A DNA stretch of 62,935 nucleotides, filler included, from Folioceros fuciformis (taxonomy: Eukaryota), in NCBI GenBank assembly GCA_049999805.1. It is 12 parts of 12 records of this genome, joined end to end, with 100 filler letters (N's around TTAATTAATTAA, not from the genome) between each part and the next. Parts side by side here need not be neighbours in the genome. Positions count along the whole stretch, not along the records: positions 47,192 to 51,966 come from JBNGIO010001743.1; positions 52,067 to 56,916 come from JBNGIO010001744.1; positions 57,017 to 61,199 come from JBNGIO010001746.1; positions 61,300 to 62,935 come from JBNGIO010001747.1; 8 more parts are not named here. The stretch is one strand, 5' to 3'. A model generated the notes under the pieces. The model saw only the letters and a program-made list of their open reading frames with translations, did no database searches and had not been told where the DNA came from. The translations under genes were made by a program, and so were the position numbers. Shown piece by piece: positions 50,498 through 62,935 of this stretch; the stretch's first letter is position 1, and the number at the start of each line of letters is the position of its first letter.

Positions 50498-50779
50498 CTT
50501 GGGAAGGGATCTGACGCGGATGTAGACGCGGATGTGGATGTGGTTGTGGACCTCGTCTACTCCTCCTGCTCTGATGTGAGGAAGCGCCCACCACGCCGCA
50601 CACACGCACCTCGGGTACCTTCCTACCCTCCCCCACCCACAGGCAGGGAAGAAGAACGGTTGGTTATTTCGGTTAGCCTTCTGCTGTCAGCTGACTGGAG
50701 ACCCACGATTGAGAGCCCGGGAAGTCCACACGTTAAACTCTGTGCCGCCTGCACCGCACCCTAGCCAACCTGCTCCAAA

Positions 50780-51566
50780 ATGGCGTCCGTCAGTCCCATC
50801 AAGAAGCCGGCCAAGCCGGCTGCTGGTGCCAAGGAGCTGGTGTCCGAAGCCCAGTCCGTGCTGGACATGATTGAGGCTGCTGGACGACCTCCACCCAACA
50901 TGGACGTCTACCAAGTGTATGCTTTACCGCCTGCACCTGCGCCTGCGCCTCCTCTTCATACCTGTCTCCTTTGCTGCCCAAGGCTCACTGCACAACGCTT
51001 GCTTGCACTGCCAGGCTGCAGCAGACAACCATCGAGGAGGCCAGGCTTTACATCGACAGGCTGGTCCGTGAGATGGAGCGGGTTGACGCGGAGAGCAAAG
51101 TTACCCGGAATGAAGCTGTAAACGCCGCTACCACCTAACCTCCCCTTCATCCCGGCGAATGCAGCCTGCAACGTTCTCTTTCCTCACATCTCCTTGCTTG
51201 CTTGCGCTCTGCAGTTTGCTTTGCAAGAGTATTTCCAGGCAGACGTGAACACCAAACAGAAGCGCATTGAGGAGCTGGAAACAAAACTTGCACAGGTGCG
51301 GGACCCTCGGAGGCTTGCAATGCTGGGAGGATGATGATTTCCTCAACTGCAACAAGCCCAGTGATGGATATCCCCCTGTGGCCTGTCACACATAGGGCAG
51401 CGGGAGGGAGAGCTTCAAGCCCTACAAACCGGAAGGGCAGAGGAGATCCGCGCCATCACTGTGCAAGCCCGGGAGGACAAAGCCAGGGCTTGTGAAGCGC
51501 TCAACCAACAGATCAAGGGTTTGAAGGATGAGTTGCAGTCTGTAGCCGAGTTCCGGAAGCATCAGG
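50780..51566 (+). CDS. Multi-exon coiled-coil protein, 5' part only
   Basis: ATG at 50780. Short exons bounded by GT/AG encode TTIEEARLYIDRLVREME, LQEYFQADVNTKQKRIEELETKLAQ and ELQALQTGRAEEIRA...QQIKGLKDELQSVAEFRKHQ. Confidence 0.55.
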
Positions 51567-52066
51567 TAGGCTAAGCCGTGCCACAAGCACTGCCAGGAAA
51601 ATTAATTTATGCCACAACCTTAATCACATCCTCATCTCTTGCTTCACATGCAGTATCGAGTGCCAACTGGATGTTTAGGACGTCACCACAGTAGTTGTCC
51701 AGCCTCGCACATGATGCACACCCTGCCACTCTACGTTTCCACTCCTTTTCGTGCACGACCTTGGAAAGGAGGAACGATATCAGTTCCCTCACTGCAACCT
51801 GGGGCTTGTCGTGGCTTACTGAACTCAGCTTGAGGTTGAAGAGGAGTGTGCAAAAGCAAAGCAGGAGACGGCAGATATGAAATATAGAGAAAAGCACCTC
51901 GTTCCAGACCTAGAGAGGCATTGGTTTGAGCAGGCAAGTGTCTGGAGAAGCGACCCTACCCCCGCCNNNNNNNNNNNNNNNNNNNNNNNNNNNNNNNNNN
52001 NNNNNNNNNNTTAATTAATTAANNNNNNNNNNNNNNNNNNNNNNNNNNNNNNNNNNNNNNNNNNNN

Positions 52067-55000
52067 TGTCATTTAACTCACTTTCCCCCTCTGATGCGAG
52101 ATCCCCTTGAGCGGCTGGAGCCACTGGTGGCACCACAACCAAAGTAGGGGGCTCGGCATCATCCTGTGGGTAAAGACAGACATCAGAGTCATCCTCATCC
52201 GGCTGGACAGCTCCCTCTGCTTGCAAAAGGGCATCAAGAGGAGATAACTGAACGAGCTGTGAAGGTTCCATAAAGGTGATACTCCGAGCGAGGGTAACTG
52301 TTCGAGAGCGGGCATCATACAGTCAATAGCCCTTGGCCGTCTCACTGTACCCGATGAAGAGAAGGGCCTGGGCTCGATTGTCAAGCTTCTTTCGCTTTTC
52401 GGCTGGAATATAAGCATATGCCCGGGAGCCGAAAACGCGAAGATGAAGAAGGCTAGGCTTACGGCGCCAGAAGACTTCAAAGGGGGTCTTGCCAGGAACA
52501 GAGCTTGTAAGAACTATGTTAAGAATATATGTAGTAGTGACAATAGCCTCCGCCCAGAAATCCTGAGGTAAGCTAGCCCACAAGAGCATACTTCTGGTCA
52601 TAGAGAGCAACGTCTGATTTTTACGCTTAGCAACTCCGTTTTGTTGCTGTGTGTAGGGCACGATCAGCTAGAGCTGGATCCCATGCTCCTGGAGGAATGC
52701 ATCAAAAGCAATATTCACAAACTCAGTACCATTATCCATGCGGAGTACCTTGAGGAGATAGCCTGACTACCTCTGCACCACAGGTAACCATTCCCTGAAA
52801 AAATCTAGCGTGTCACTCTTCAGATGCATCGGGTAGGTCCATGAATATCTACTGAAATCATCCGTAATTGTTAGATAATACAGGGCACCTCCAAGAGAGG
52901 GCTTGTGGAGTTTGCCAGAGATATCCGCATGGACTAACTCCAACAGACCTGTTGCTCTGTATGCATGTCTTGGAAACGGGAGCTCCCTCTCCTTGGCTAA
53001 AATACAAGACTCGCAGACGGGAAGACCCTTGAAGCAGGGTGGCAAGGGTTCCCTGTGGCAAGATTGCTTTGACATATCTATCAGCTTGTGGCGGTTAGCA
53101 TGCCCTAAGCGTGCATGCCACAGTGATGCCAATTGTTGTGAATTCAAAGGGGCAGCGCCTGTAGAGTAAGTAGCAGGTGGCCAAACACATTGCACAGCTA
53201 GTTTGTACAGGTCATGTTCCGGCACACCCTTGACACACACTGCAGGGTGGCCAACCTTTTAGAAGTAGCAACCCTCATTGTCAACACGCATCTCATAGAT
53301 ACGGGATTGCATGAGTTTGCTCAAGGACAACAGGTTCTTGGCCATATCTGGAACAAAGAGTACACCATGGATAGCAAAGGTCGAACCATCGTCAAGGAGA
53401 AAGGTACAGGTACCATGACCCTCAACTCATAGGCTTGTATCACTCCGTTCATCCCCTAGAAGCACCTTGTCTTTCATGTTACATCGAATTAGGTTCGAAA
53501 ACAAGTGCTTATCATTGCAGATGTGTGTGGTAGCGCCTGAATCCAGGTACCAGCATCCAGCATTGTGCAAAGAGCTTGTGAGGCAAACGGTAAGGATTTT
53601 TACAGTCCCTTTTGAGCTATCTCCCTTTTCCTTCACTACAACGTGCCGAATGCTTTTGGACTTTTCGCGGCTCGCCGGCCTTCTTCTTCCGGTAGTCACG
53701 AGCCTAATGGCCAGCCACACCACACCAGTTGCAATTTCCAGTTCGCTTGAGGGGGGGAGACGAACCAGAAGATGTATCTGTTCGACCTCCAAGCGATTTT
53801 CCAGGTACTTTCTGAGCTCTGAATTTTGCAGCAAGGACTTTGTCACCTTTGGACTTGTGTCCCCTTGTAGAGTTAATAAGACCCTATTCTTCTTGAAATA
53901 GGGCACTTATGATTTCTTCCACCGTGATGGGAGGAGGAGCTCCAGCTTGGTGGGTCTGGCGGATAGGACCATTGAAGCTATTGATAAAGGTTTGATATGA
54001 GGGTGGCAGGGAAGTCAACAACTGTGCTGCAACCTCAACTTCATCAGTCTTGGATCCAAAAGCCTTCATCTTGGCTTGCAGTTGTCTAAATTTTGTGATG
54101 TGAGGAGCAACTCTCTCACCTTCACGCAAGCGAAGTGAGTAGAACTCCATACGCACAACATTATAAACATGCATCTACTGTACATCATACGTTGCTGCGA
54201 CTTGATCCCAGATGCCCTTCCCAGTAGTATGGTACTCCACATTACGTACGAGAACCTCATCTAGACCATGGACCAGTATTGCTAATGCTATGGAATTTAA
54301 ACGATCCCATCTTTCTATGTCTGCTGTAGAGGGGGGAGGGCTGGCATTAGGATCTGGCTTTGGGGATGTCCCATCTACCACTTCCCACACCCCTCTACCA
54401 ATGAGGGTGGTTTTCATGCGGGCCTTCCAAACAGCATACTTGGTCCCATTGAACCGACCCTTTTCCTTCAATTCTGAGGTAAATGCAGGATTCGGTGGTT
54501 GGGTGGCCATCTGAACTACAAGGTAAAGTTGAAGAAACTACTTAATGTTCTTTCTAAATGCTTTGACTGCTGACAAGAGTAGGATAGGCTAGCACACACT
54601 CGTGATTATGATCAGAGTTAGTTGATAGCCTTCAGGCTCTTATGTAGACAGCACAACTTGCCTTACTTGTTACTAACCTAGGTGATGCAGGAAGGAGCAC
54701 GTAGGGCTGTGCTGGTGTGCCGGAACGTGATCATGTGTGGGCCTACTCCAGCTCCGCCTTGTCGTCTCACCTCCCAGCATCTGTAGGGGTTAGTCAGCAT
54801 GCAATACAGGCATATTCTATCTTGAGTTCGCTAACCGCTGTGTGTTCCTCTCCTTGGACGAAGCACACAGGATGGAGAGGTGAATACGGAAGGCTCGAAG
54901 AGTCGCAAGGAGATGCCGGTGTCTGTTGGGGTGGTGAAGCTGTGAGGACCCTTCACACCCGTCTCTTCACACGAACAACACCGCTTCAATTCTCCCTCGA

Positions 55001-55896
55001 TCCGTTTCAGCTTTTTGCAATGGAAGTTTCACAAGAGAATTGATTCTTGGCGCTCTGGGCCAAGGTTCGGCTCAATTCACACACTTTGAAGTTCAACCGG
55101 GTCATCATTTCTGCCAAGCTACTGATTTCCTGTGTAAAATCGGTGTTGGTAGCCAGGCGGCTGATGTCAATCTTCAAATCTGTGTATGTTTCGTCGATTC
55201 TCTGGCCAAGGCTCGCATCAGTTTCTTGGATGTCGTTCTTGAGAGATTCTTGCCGTGACAACAACAGGGTAAGTGTCTTCTCAACTCTCGTGGCCACTGC
55301 CAGTGATTGAAGCGCAACGCCTTCAGTAATGCTGTGTGCAGATCTCGAAGTTGATCGCTTTTCCCTGTTGTCTACAGATCTGGAAGCCTGAAGAATTGAT
55401 TCGACTCCAAGAATTTCTGGCCTCCTGTAGAACAATTCTGGATTTTGTCCTCTCTATATACAGCATGCCCTAAACAAAGTGTCTGTACGCTAATTTGGAA
55501 AGGGAAATCTACGCTGTTGAGAGCGGTTTGGACCAGAATGCCTATTGGCTAGGTTTTTGAGCCAGAGACGCGAGTAATCCTACTCGTAGAGATCTAGCAC
55601 TGTATCCGTAGGTAGGTATCATGGATTTTGTGGGTAGGTGCCCTCAACGCGTCCACGAACACTTCTACGGTTGCTCCTCGTACGGCGATTACCCGATCTT
55701 AGCATTTTCTATTAATGTAAATGGTAGATCAAGCATAGCTCTGATACCATGTTTCTTTTGTAAGTGGACGAGCGTACAAGATAAACTTTCATCAAAGCAA
55801 AATGTGTTTAATTTGTGTCTTTTATACTTGACTAGATAATGCTTCACTTAACCCTAACGACCGTTACTTAACTAGAGGTTGGCTTTATCTCCAACA
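52067..55896 (-). mobile_element. Ty1/copia LTR retrotransposon, 5' half (LTR, PBS, gag, protease, integrase), decayed
   Basis: PBS TGGTATCAGAGC (plus 55738-55749) sits next to a putative LTR TGTTG...ACA at 55896-55750. gag starts at 54510 (FNGTKYAVWKARMK). Also WYLDSGATTHIC, LWHARLGH, LELVHADISG, DDFSRYSW and QQNGVAKRKN. Stops and frameshifts are present. Confidence 0.93.
55007..55435 (-). CDS. Putative extra coiled-coil ORF between the PBS and gag of the copia element
   Basis: 142-codon sense ORF with heptad pattern (VEKTLTLLLSRQESLKNDIQE...LAEMMTRLNFKVCELSRTL); non-ATG start as called. Confidence 0.4.
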   Translation of the reverse strand: MFYRRPEILGVESILQASRSVDNREKRSTSRSAHSITEGVALQSLAVATRVEKTLTLLLSRQESLKNDIQETDASLGQRIDETYTDLKIDISRLATNTDFTQEISSLAEMMTRLNFKVCELSRTLAQSAKNQFSCETSIAKS

Positions 55897-55944
55897 TTCT
55901 TACTCCACAGCAATGGTGGAGGACGAATCAGCAGGACACCTGCT

Positions 55945-56390
55945 GAGTGGAAGGTCATCTTCCCTTATTCCCCAAACCGTTTGTTGTGATCCGCAGAGTG
56001 AAGTACGGAGGACAAATCCGCCAGCCGTGTAGAGTGGAAGGAGAGACCCTCCTTCCCTCATTCCTTGGACGGCTACATGTGGATTGTAGCCAAGGCGAGG
56101 GGGACAAATCTGCCAATGCGCGGGGTGGAAGGGGTTCGCGTCCTTCCCTTATTCCTTGACCCCCTGGTTATGGTTAAAATCTGCTAGCGAGAAGTGACGA
56201 GGTACGAAGAGTGTGTGCAAGGAAATGATGCGTTGAAGTGAGTATGAAGAAGAGGGTGAGTAAGAAGACGAGGGGCGAAGGCACAAGTGTGTGAGAAGAA
56301 GAGTGACTGGACGTAAGCTAATAAGAGGGGGACAAATCCGCCCATTGCGCGGAGTGGAAGGGGGAGTTTCTCCTTCCCTTATTCCCTAAA
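55945..56390. repeat. Dispersed direct repeat (GGACAAATC(C/T)GCC...GTGGAAGG...CCTTCCCTTATTCC), 3-4 copies
   Basis: Copies near 55947-55975, 56010-56067, 56099-56157 and 56326-56388. Confidence 0.7.
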
Positions 56391-57754
56391 CTGTTGGCTG
56401 CGTTTCGAGTCCGGTGTCGAAGCGAGTGAGCTAAGGAGAGAAGAGGAGATGAATTGACTACAACTAACTGAAAGACTGAGGAGGACCCTAAAAACATTAC
56501 TGAAAGATTGCTGAAGATTAGACGTGGTTGCTGGGTAATCGCTGAGGAATTCTCGGATGTTATGGAGGGCTGTTGAGATTGTTGGAACTTGTGAAGTGCT
56601 GTGGGGTAGTGCTGGGAAACAACGGAGGTTTGTGGACGTCACTAGAAGGTTGGAGGCTTTTGGGGACGGGCCTGTGGGAAATAAGTGTGAATTAGGGCTC
56701 TTGTGTGTTTTGCATAAGAGTGTGCCTGTGTGTGTGGAAGTGTGGCTGATTCGCGGGGATTTGTTTCCCAAGGAACACATTTGCATGTGAGGAGCATCCA
56801 ATAACCAAGATCTATGAGTTTGGCAGTCCAAGAGCAAAACTCGTGTGGAAACCCGTGGCGGCGCCTATGCCGGAAAATATTAGTTAAGGTTTTGGGTGGG
56901 ACCCACCATGATCGTGNNNNNNNNNNNNNNNNNNNNNNNNNNNNNNNNNNNNNNNNNNNNTTAATTAATTAANNNNNNNNNNNNNNNNNNNNNNNNNNNN
57001 NNNNNNNNNNNNNNNNGGGGGGGGGGGAAAAGGGGGAGGAAGATAGGGATGGGAGCGGCCGCAGCCCCGCCCTAGCTAGGGCATGGCCTCCCCGGCCATT
57101 TAGGCTAGCCTGATGTAAGCCCCTGACCCGTGACATTGACATACCCCACATATTCCCGTTCCTATGTTCAGACCATTAATCTATTATTTATTATTATTTT
57201 ATTATTTAATACTATATACCTTTAATTAATATTAAACCAATCCCCGAACCTAGATTCAAACTTTCCTGACCCTATGGCCCGGTACCCGACCTAAACTTTC
57301 CCAGGTCTGGGACCAAACCTATACCCACTCTAATAACCAAACCAACTATTTCATGGTCAATTAACCTAATTAGCACAAAGAAAAATAGGAAAAATGACCA
57401 GAAAATAAAAGAAAATTAGGGAAAAGAAAAAGAAAACCAAACCATACCGATATTAACCCTTTTTCAACCAAAACAAACCACTACCCCAAACTTTGGAGGT
57501 TTACACTGAGTAAGATGAAAGAACAATCTGCGGGTGCGGGTGCGGGTGCGGGAGCTTCTAGAGCGCGAGCAAAGGGGCCCCGCACACGTAACGCGCAGGT
57601 TTACAAAGGCCCAATTGTTGCAGCAACTTTAAGAACAGGCGGATGAGCTAGAAAGATTGAAGGGCGGTCTTAGCCCTAGCTTGGAACGATTGAGGGATGC
57701 CCCAACGAATGTCTGTCCGCCCATTTTGTCGGTGATGACCCAGAGATGTATTAT

Positions 57755-58052
57755 GTTTCGCTTGCATCGAGGGAGGAGGAGCAGAGAAGCTGCTCCTTTC
57801 ATCGATCTCATGTGAAGCGAGCCACCAAAGAATGGAATGATGACCAGTAGCCTTGGTATGCATGACGAGGAGGAAGCACCCAAAGGGAGACATTCGTGTT
57901 TTATTAGTTGTGGTCACTTGCTTACATCGAGGGAGAAGGAAAAGAGAACTTGCTCTTTCAGCCATCTTATGTAAAGTGAGCCACCAAATAGAGGAATGAT
58001 GACCAGTAGCCTTAGTGTGCACAATGGGGAGGAAGCACCCAAGGGGAGGCAT
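57755..58052. repeat. ~160-bp degenerate tandem duplication
   Basis: CATCGAGGGAG...GAGCCACCAAA...GGAATGATGACCAGTAGCCTT...GAGGAAGCACCCAA occurs twice. Confidence 0.75.
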
Positions 58053-58529
58053 CTATGATATCAATGTAGGGGCTGGCCACTCCATATATACATGAATCTA
58101 TGCTAAGTATATATATATATAATGTATACTAGGATTAACTAGTCTTAGCGTGAAAAGATTCAAATGTTGAAAGGCAAGATCTCTTGTAGCATAACACTGA
58201 TATTGTGATAACGAACCCCACATGGGACTTTGTTTGTGAGCACATCATCCTCCTTAATGGTTTAGATTAGGCTCTGGAGGGGTTCACATTGGCCAAGATT
58301 CACAAGTACATACATATACAAGTTAAGCATTCCTTCAATTCTCTTACTATTAAGTCTTGTGTAGGCACATGCAAGGCATTCCCCAAGTTTCTTAAAAATT
58401 GTGCCAAAGCATACCATAATAAGAAGAGCTAAGTTGGTCAAACTCCATCTGTTTCATTTCTAACCTTCTTTCGATAGCAAGTGTTCATCACTCTTCAAAG
58501 AGCATTGGCAAATATGATTTACAAAACAG

Positions 58530-58850
58530 TAGTGAGTGTAGGGGAGGCAACATTAGTGATTTGGGTGGTTGGTAGACCCTTTCAATTGCTAGGCAAATGT
58601 GGTCTACAAAACAATAACAAGCGTGAAAGAAGGCGGCATCAATCATTCTAGAGGTAGGTAGAGCCTTTCAATTGCTAGGAAAATGCGATCTACAAAATGA
58701 CAACGAGTGTGGGGAAAGGTGTCATCAATGATTTTGGTGGTAGCTAGACCCTTCCAATTACAAGATAAATACGATCTACAAAACGATAACAAGAGTGGGG
58801 AAAGGTGGCATTACTGATTTTGTGGTAGGTAGACCCTTTCAGATCCTAGA
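58530..58850. repeat. ~85-90-bp degenerate tandem repeat (GGTAGACCCTTTCAATTGCTAGG...TCTACAAAA), about 4 copies
   Basis: Direct inspection. Confidence 0.7.
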
Positions 58851-58932
58851 CATTAGTTTCTATAAGTAGCTTTACACATTGTGGCCTTGGAGGCTAGTAA
58901 ACCGGTTGTAAAGTAATATTATGTGATTAGGT

Positions 58933-59095
58933 TAATGCCCTAATGCCCTAATGTACTAACGCCCTAATGCCCTAATGTACTCATGCCCTAATGCCCTAAT
59001 TCCCTAATGCCTAATGCCCTAATGTACTAACGTCCTAATGCCCTAATGTACTAATGCCCTAATGCCTAATGCCCTAATGTACTAAAACCCTAATA
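58933..59095. repeat. (TAATGCCC)/(TAATGTAC) 8-bp telomere-variant tandem array
   Basis: About 20 units; the reverse strand reads (CATTAGGG)n. Confidence 0.9.
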
Positions 59096-61299
59096 CATCC
59101 TTAATAAGATAAAAACTTCAAGTAAAAGTTTCTTATTTTCATTTGAACCGTACTAGCCATGTTTAAACATCTTTGTGATAAAATAGTTATTAGGCTATTC
59201 TCAATATATTTTCTTTTATAGGTACTTAAATTTAATCATTAAATCATACGCTCCTTAATATCATCCTAATCATAGTTCTCTTCACTAACTAGACAATGTC
59301 ATTAACCGTCACCCTTAACGGGTTACGGGAGCCTCCTATTCTGATCACAGACCCAATGAGTATGCCTTCCTCTCAATCAAGCTTCCATCCGGAATGCACA
59401 TGGAGTTAGGGTTAGCGTGGGCTAAAAAGTTGGACTGGCTCATGGAAATGGAGGAGCTGCCATGGGAGCATGGTTTTGTGCCTAAACTAGATGCAACAGT
59501 TATGTATTGGCTGTAGCTATGGCTGAATCTTGGCTGAATCTTCGGAACTTTGGTCGGACATCTCTACCGAGCTCGCCCTTGGCATCTAATTATGAGGACC
59601 AGCGCCTCACTACCGGGCTGTTCTCGGTCAAGCTAGCTGCTCCACCAAGCTCTGAATGGAGTGTGGTCAAGCTAGCTGCTCCACCAAGCTCTGAATGGAG
59701 TGTGGTCGGGGGTCAAGTTCGGCCTGTTTGTAGAAGCTGTAGGGACCGCTTTCCAGGTCCTAGAATTGGGGCCAAAGTGAGAACACATGAACTTGCTACC
59801 TTCATCTTCTGGTTGTGATCGGAGAGCTGAATTGCTCTGGTGTTGGTGGCAGGGGCGCTGCTGTATTGGCCGTCGTGAGGTGGGGCTCAGCATCTGCTCC
59901 CTTCACATGTGGGAGCATGAATGGCCTATACGAAGGATCCGAATGCAAATTTCTGTAGTTATGATGGAGCTTTGTATGTTGCACTAAAGCCAGCTGTGAG
60001 GAGGATGCTTATAGCAAGTTGTAGCCTCTTAAGCATGTGCTACAATAATGAAAACGATTCCCTCCATCATTTTCAGCACTTCATTACTAGGAGCACACTA
60101 GCTAATTGAAGTCCCAATGGCAGTGCTAGTGTATTAAGGGCATGTGTTATTGTACACTCGACAACAATGTTCACACACAAATCCCCATTTTTCCTTATAG
60201 CCACTCTGTAGATTGTTGTCTCCTCTACCCAAGCAACAACAACACACACTGCAAATGCTTCCTTTATAGCCCATGGTTCCAAAAACAAACATATGGCTCG
60301 ATTTTCAATCAAGACTTCGTAGTTTTTTCACCCTTCTTTTTCAAAACGTTTTTAGATTAAAATTTCAAAATATGTCAATTTCTCCCAAATCCTAGCTCTA
60401 TCCAAAAAGTAGAGTCTACCTCTACTTGAAAGAAGATTGTAAAATGTGACCTCTTGCAAGATATAAGGTGTTAACGACATACACTTTATAAGTCTTAAGG
60501 AGTTGAGATGGTTCTTTAGTAAGTGCTTCTGCTTTTGTCTCATTTCTTGGAACACCTTGCACACTTGTACCTTTGGCTTTCTATGTCTATTAGGGCATTG
60601 GGAGTCCCAAAGAGGAAAAAAATTTGGTTGTAGCATTCACTAAGTTGGGGATGTTATCTTCCTTTTAAATGACAAAAAAGATATTAATAATTTTTCCTAG
60701 AGGATTAAGATATTTAATTTGAAGACGTTGAAATAATCTTTTAATTTAAATGAACTCATCTTAACGATGTTTTTTTGCAACAAAGATAAAAATATCCTTA
60801 ATATGAAAAATTGTTAAGAAACTCTAATTTTTCATAGATTCTTATATTATTATTAATTAATATTTTAGGGTTAATCATTAAAATTAAATTATACAAAGAA
60901 TTTAGCCATATCCAATCAATTAGTGTAATTTATCGACAAGTGCTCAATAATGTTAGTGTAAATGCTTTGGGTAGTTTGAGGAGGAATCACGCTTTCTACC
61001 AATACAAATACCATGCGTTGGCCATGAAACTCTTTTAATTGGTCCAACAATGAAATATAGAGGATGAACCAAATTACTAGTTGAGCTAATATATACACAA
61101 AGTGTACGAAGGAGAGAGAAGACAAGGGCATCATGTATAGGTCTGTAGTGGGCGCACCAAGGGGAGAGGAGACAAGGTGACCAAGTAGATATTGTGTAGN
61201 NNNNNNNNNNNNNNNNNNNNNNNNNNNNNNNNNNNNNNNNNNNTTAATTAATTAANNNNNNNNNNNNNNNNNNNNNNNNNNNNNNNNNNNNNNNNNNNN

Positions 61300-62703
61300 A
61301 GGACAAAGCATATAGAGCTTTACCATCACTATGTCCGGGATGTGGCTGAACGAGGAGCTATCAAAGTTTAGTACATCAGTACTCACCTAAACACCGCCAA
61401 TGTTTTCACAAAACGGTTCCCGAAGGCCAAACATTTTTAGCACATGGCTGCATTAGGTCTGAAAAAGTTCAGCTATCCTAAGAAAATAACCTAACTATTC
61501 TATGCAGAGCCATGGCTTTTTCCTAGGGAGTTCGTTACTGTCCTGTCCGCACAAGAGATATGCATCTTAGTGGCCCTTACCACCGTTTTGTTTTGAAACT
61601 GCTCCAGGTTTATAGCCCCCCTGCTTAGAAAGACAAGTCTCAGATTAGTGTCAAGCACATGGACTATCCAGAGGATGAAGCTTATTTCACAAATCCAGTC
61701 GTGGACAGAACATACTGTATGTTTAGTGTAGAACTCACCTTGAACAATCTCTTCCCGCACAATGGACACAGTCGGCTACTGTAGGTGCACATGCAACAGT
61801 CTCTACCTGCACGTTTGGTTCTGCTTGCTTCGATGTCGTTACAGACTTTGTCCGCAAAGCCAACAGCCCGTGCAACAGTTTCTTCAACCATAGCCGCCTG
61901 CTGCCTGGCGACCTTGACCCTCTTCACATCCAAGAGCTTCTCCATTTCATCCAGCGTAGCAAAGACTGCTTCAACTTGGTCAGCTAGCACGGGAGCAGTG
62001 GGAGGACCTCCATGAACTCAACTATGAGGAGCGCTCTCCACCTCTTCACCCGTGGGGTTTGCAGTTGGATCAAGATCTGTCAAGCTGGGCCTGGATGTCT
62101 CGGAGGAATCAAAAGACTTCAGCTCTGACACAGAGCCGCCAGGGTTGCGAGGAGGCAGAGCAAGTGATGGCGCCACTTCATCTTTCACAGGCGCTGCAGC
62201 TAGTATGGCACTTCTGACTTCACTGCGTCCTTGTGCCTGTCTTCTGTCAGCGCTGCCACTGTTGGTCTTCTTCATCCTTAGGCGTCTTGTGGCTGAGGGT
62301 GGCGTTAGCACTGGATGTAGCCCCTGTGCGTGTTCCCGCCTTTATGTATGTGTCACCTTCCTTTCTCATGGGTAGCATGCACGAGAGGAACGCGAACAGG
62401 AGCCCCATGTGGTGTACCATCTCACTCATAGGTAGCGGTGGCCTAGTGCTCCTGTATGATTCCAGTCTGTGCGAAGTAAAGTGTGTATGAGTAACCCTCG
62501 TCTGGGTTTAGTGAGAGTGTTGGGGAATTAAACCCAACACGAGTTTACTTAAGATAGGTTACTTGAGGGTTAACCTACCTAACTCAAAGGACACATACAA
62601 TTTTTGTATATAAGGACATCTATATTCATTTTTATATATACACATATTATATTTGTATCTAAGTCTTGCTTCTAGTCTAGGTACTCTAGCTAATTACAAG
62701 ACA
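61300..62703 (+). mobile_element. Ty1/copia 3' portion: RNase H C-terminus, long 3' region and putative 3' LTR from 62518
   Basis: RTKHIELYHHYVRD...STHLNTANVFTK...LGL with stops (61300-61470). AGTGAGAG precedes TGTTGGGG at 62518. The LTR end is uncertain. Confidence 0.7.
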
Positions 62704-62935
62704 TAATTGTCAAGTGTATGCCGCAACCATTGTCTGTTGTGTCAATCGAGCCAGCTTCTTCCGAGCGACCTGCCTTGCTTCCAAGGGCACAAATTGTGCA
62801 TGGACTAGTTGTAGAAACTCATCAAGGCTCTGAGGCTCTTCAGTCGCCCCCTGCAAAATCGACTGAAGCAACTTCACTCACCACAATAGGGCCGCCCCCT
62901 TTAGGTATGTAGCCGTTGTCTATACCTCCCGCCCC

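Overview
Eukaryotic land-plant nuclear DNA, most consistent with a hornwort. This is inferred from short GT-AG introns of about 80-120 bp, GC-rich exons, high gene density and a KP-type PLS-PPR gene. The window is a concatenation of 12 contigs joined by 11 artificial 100-bp linkers (N44-TTAATTAATTAA-N44), so adjacency across linkers is uninformative. Recognisable genes: PLS-PPR-E-DYW:KP-type editing factor (partial), GT61 glycosyltransferase, OVATE-family N-terminus (partial), an AT-rich intronless haspin-like kinase, a five-exon cyanobacterial-type SH3b-NlpC/P60 peptidoglycan peptidase, an ankyrin protein, RPL10, an RDR-gamma (RDR3/4/5-like) pseudogene, a major LHCII gene, an ERN-like AP2/ERF (partial), an IAA33-like non-canonical Aux/IAA, FAD2, a small membrane protein and a coiled-coil protein. 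Also present are degenerate MULE, hAT and Ty1/copia elements, satellites and telomere-like repeats. The strongest leads are: (1) an LHCII whose mature protein lacks all Met and Cys, a candidate sulfur-sparing antenna isoform; (2) an intron-containing cyanobacterial-type NlpC/P60 cell-wall peptidase with an intact Cys-His-His triad; (3) a DYW:KP-type candidate U-to-C editing factor with a readable PPR code; (4) a divergent haspin-like kinase embedded in TE-like DNA. All family assignments come from motif recognition by eye; no searches were run.
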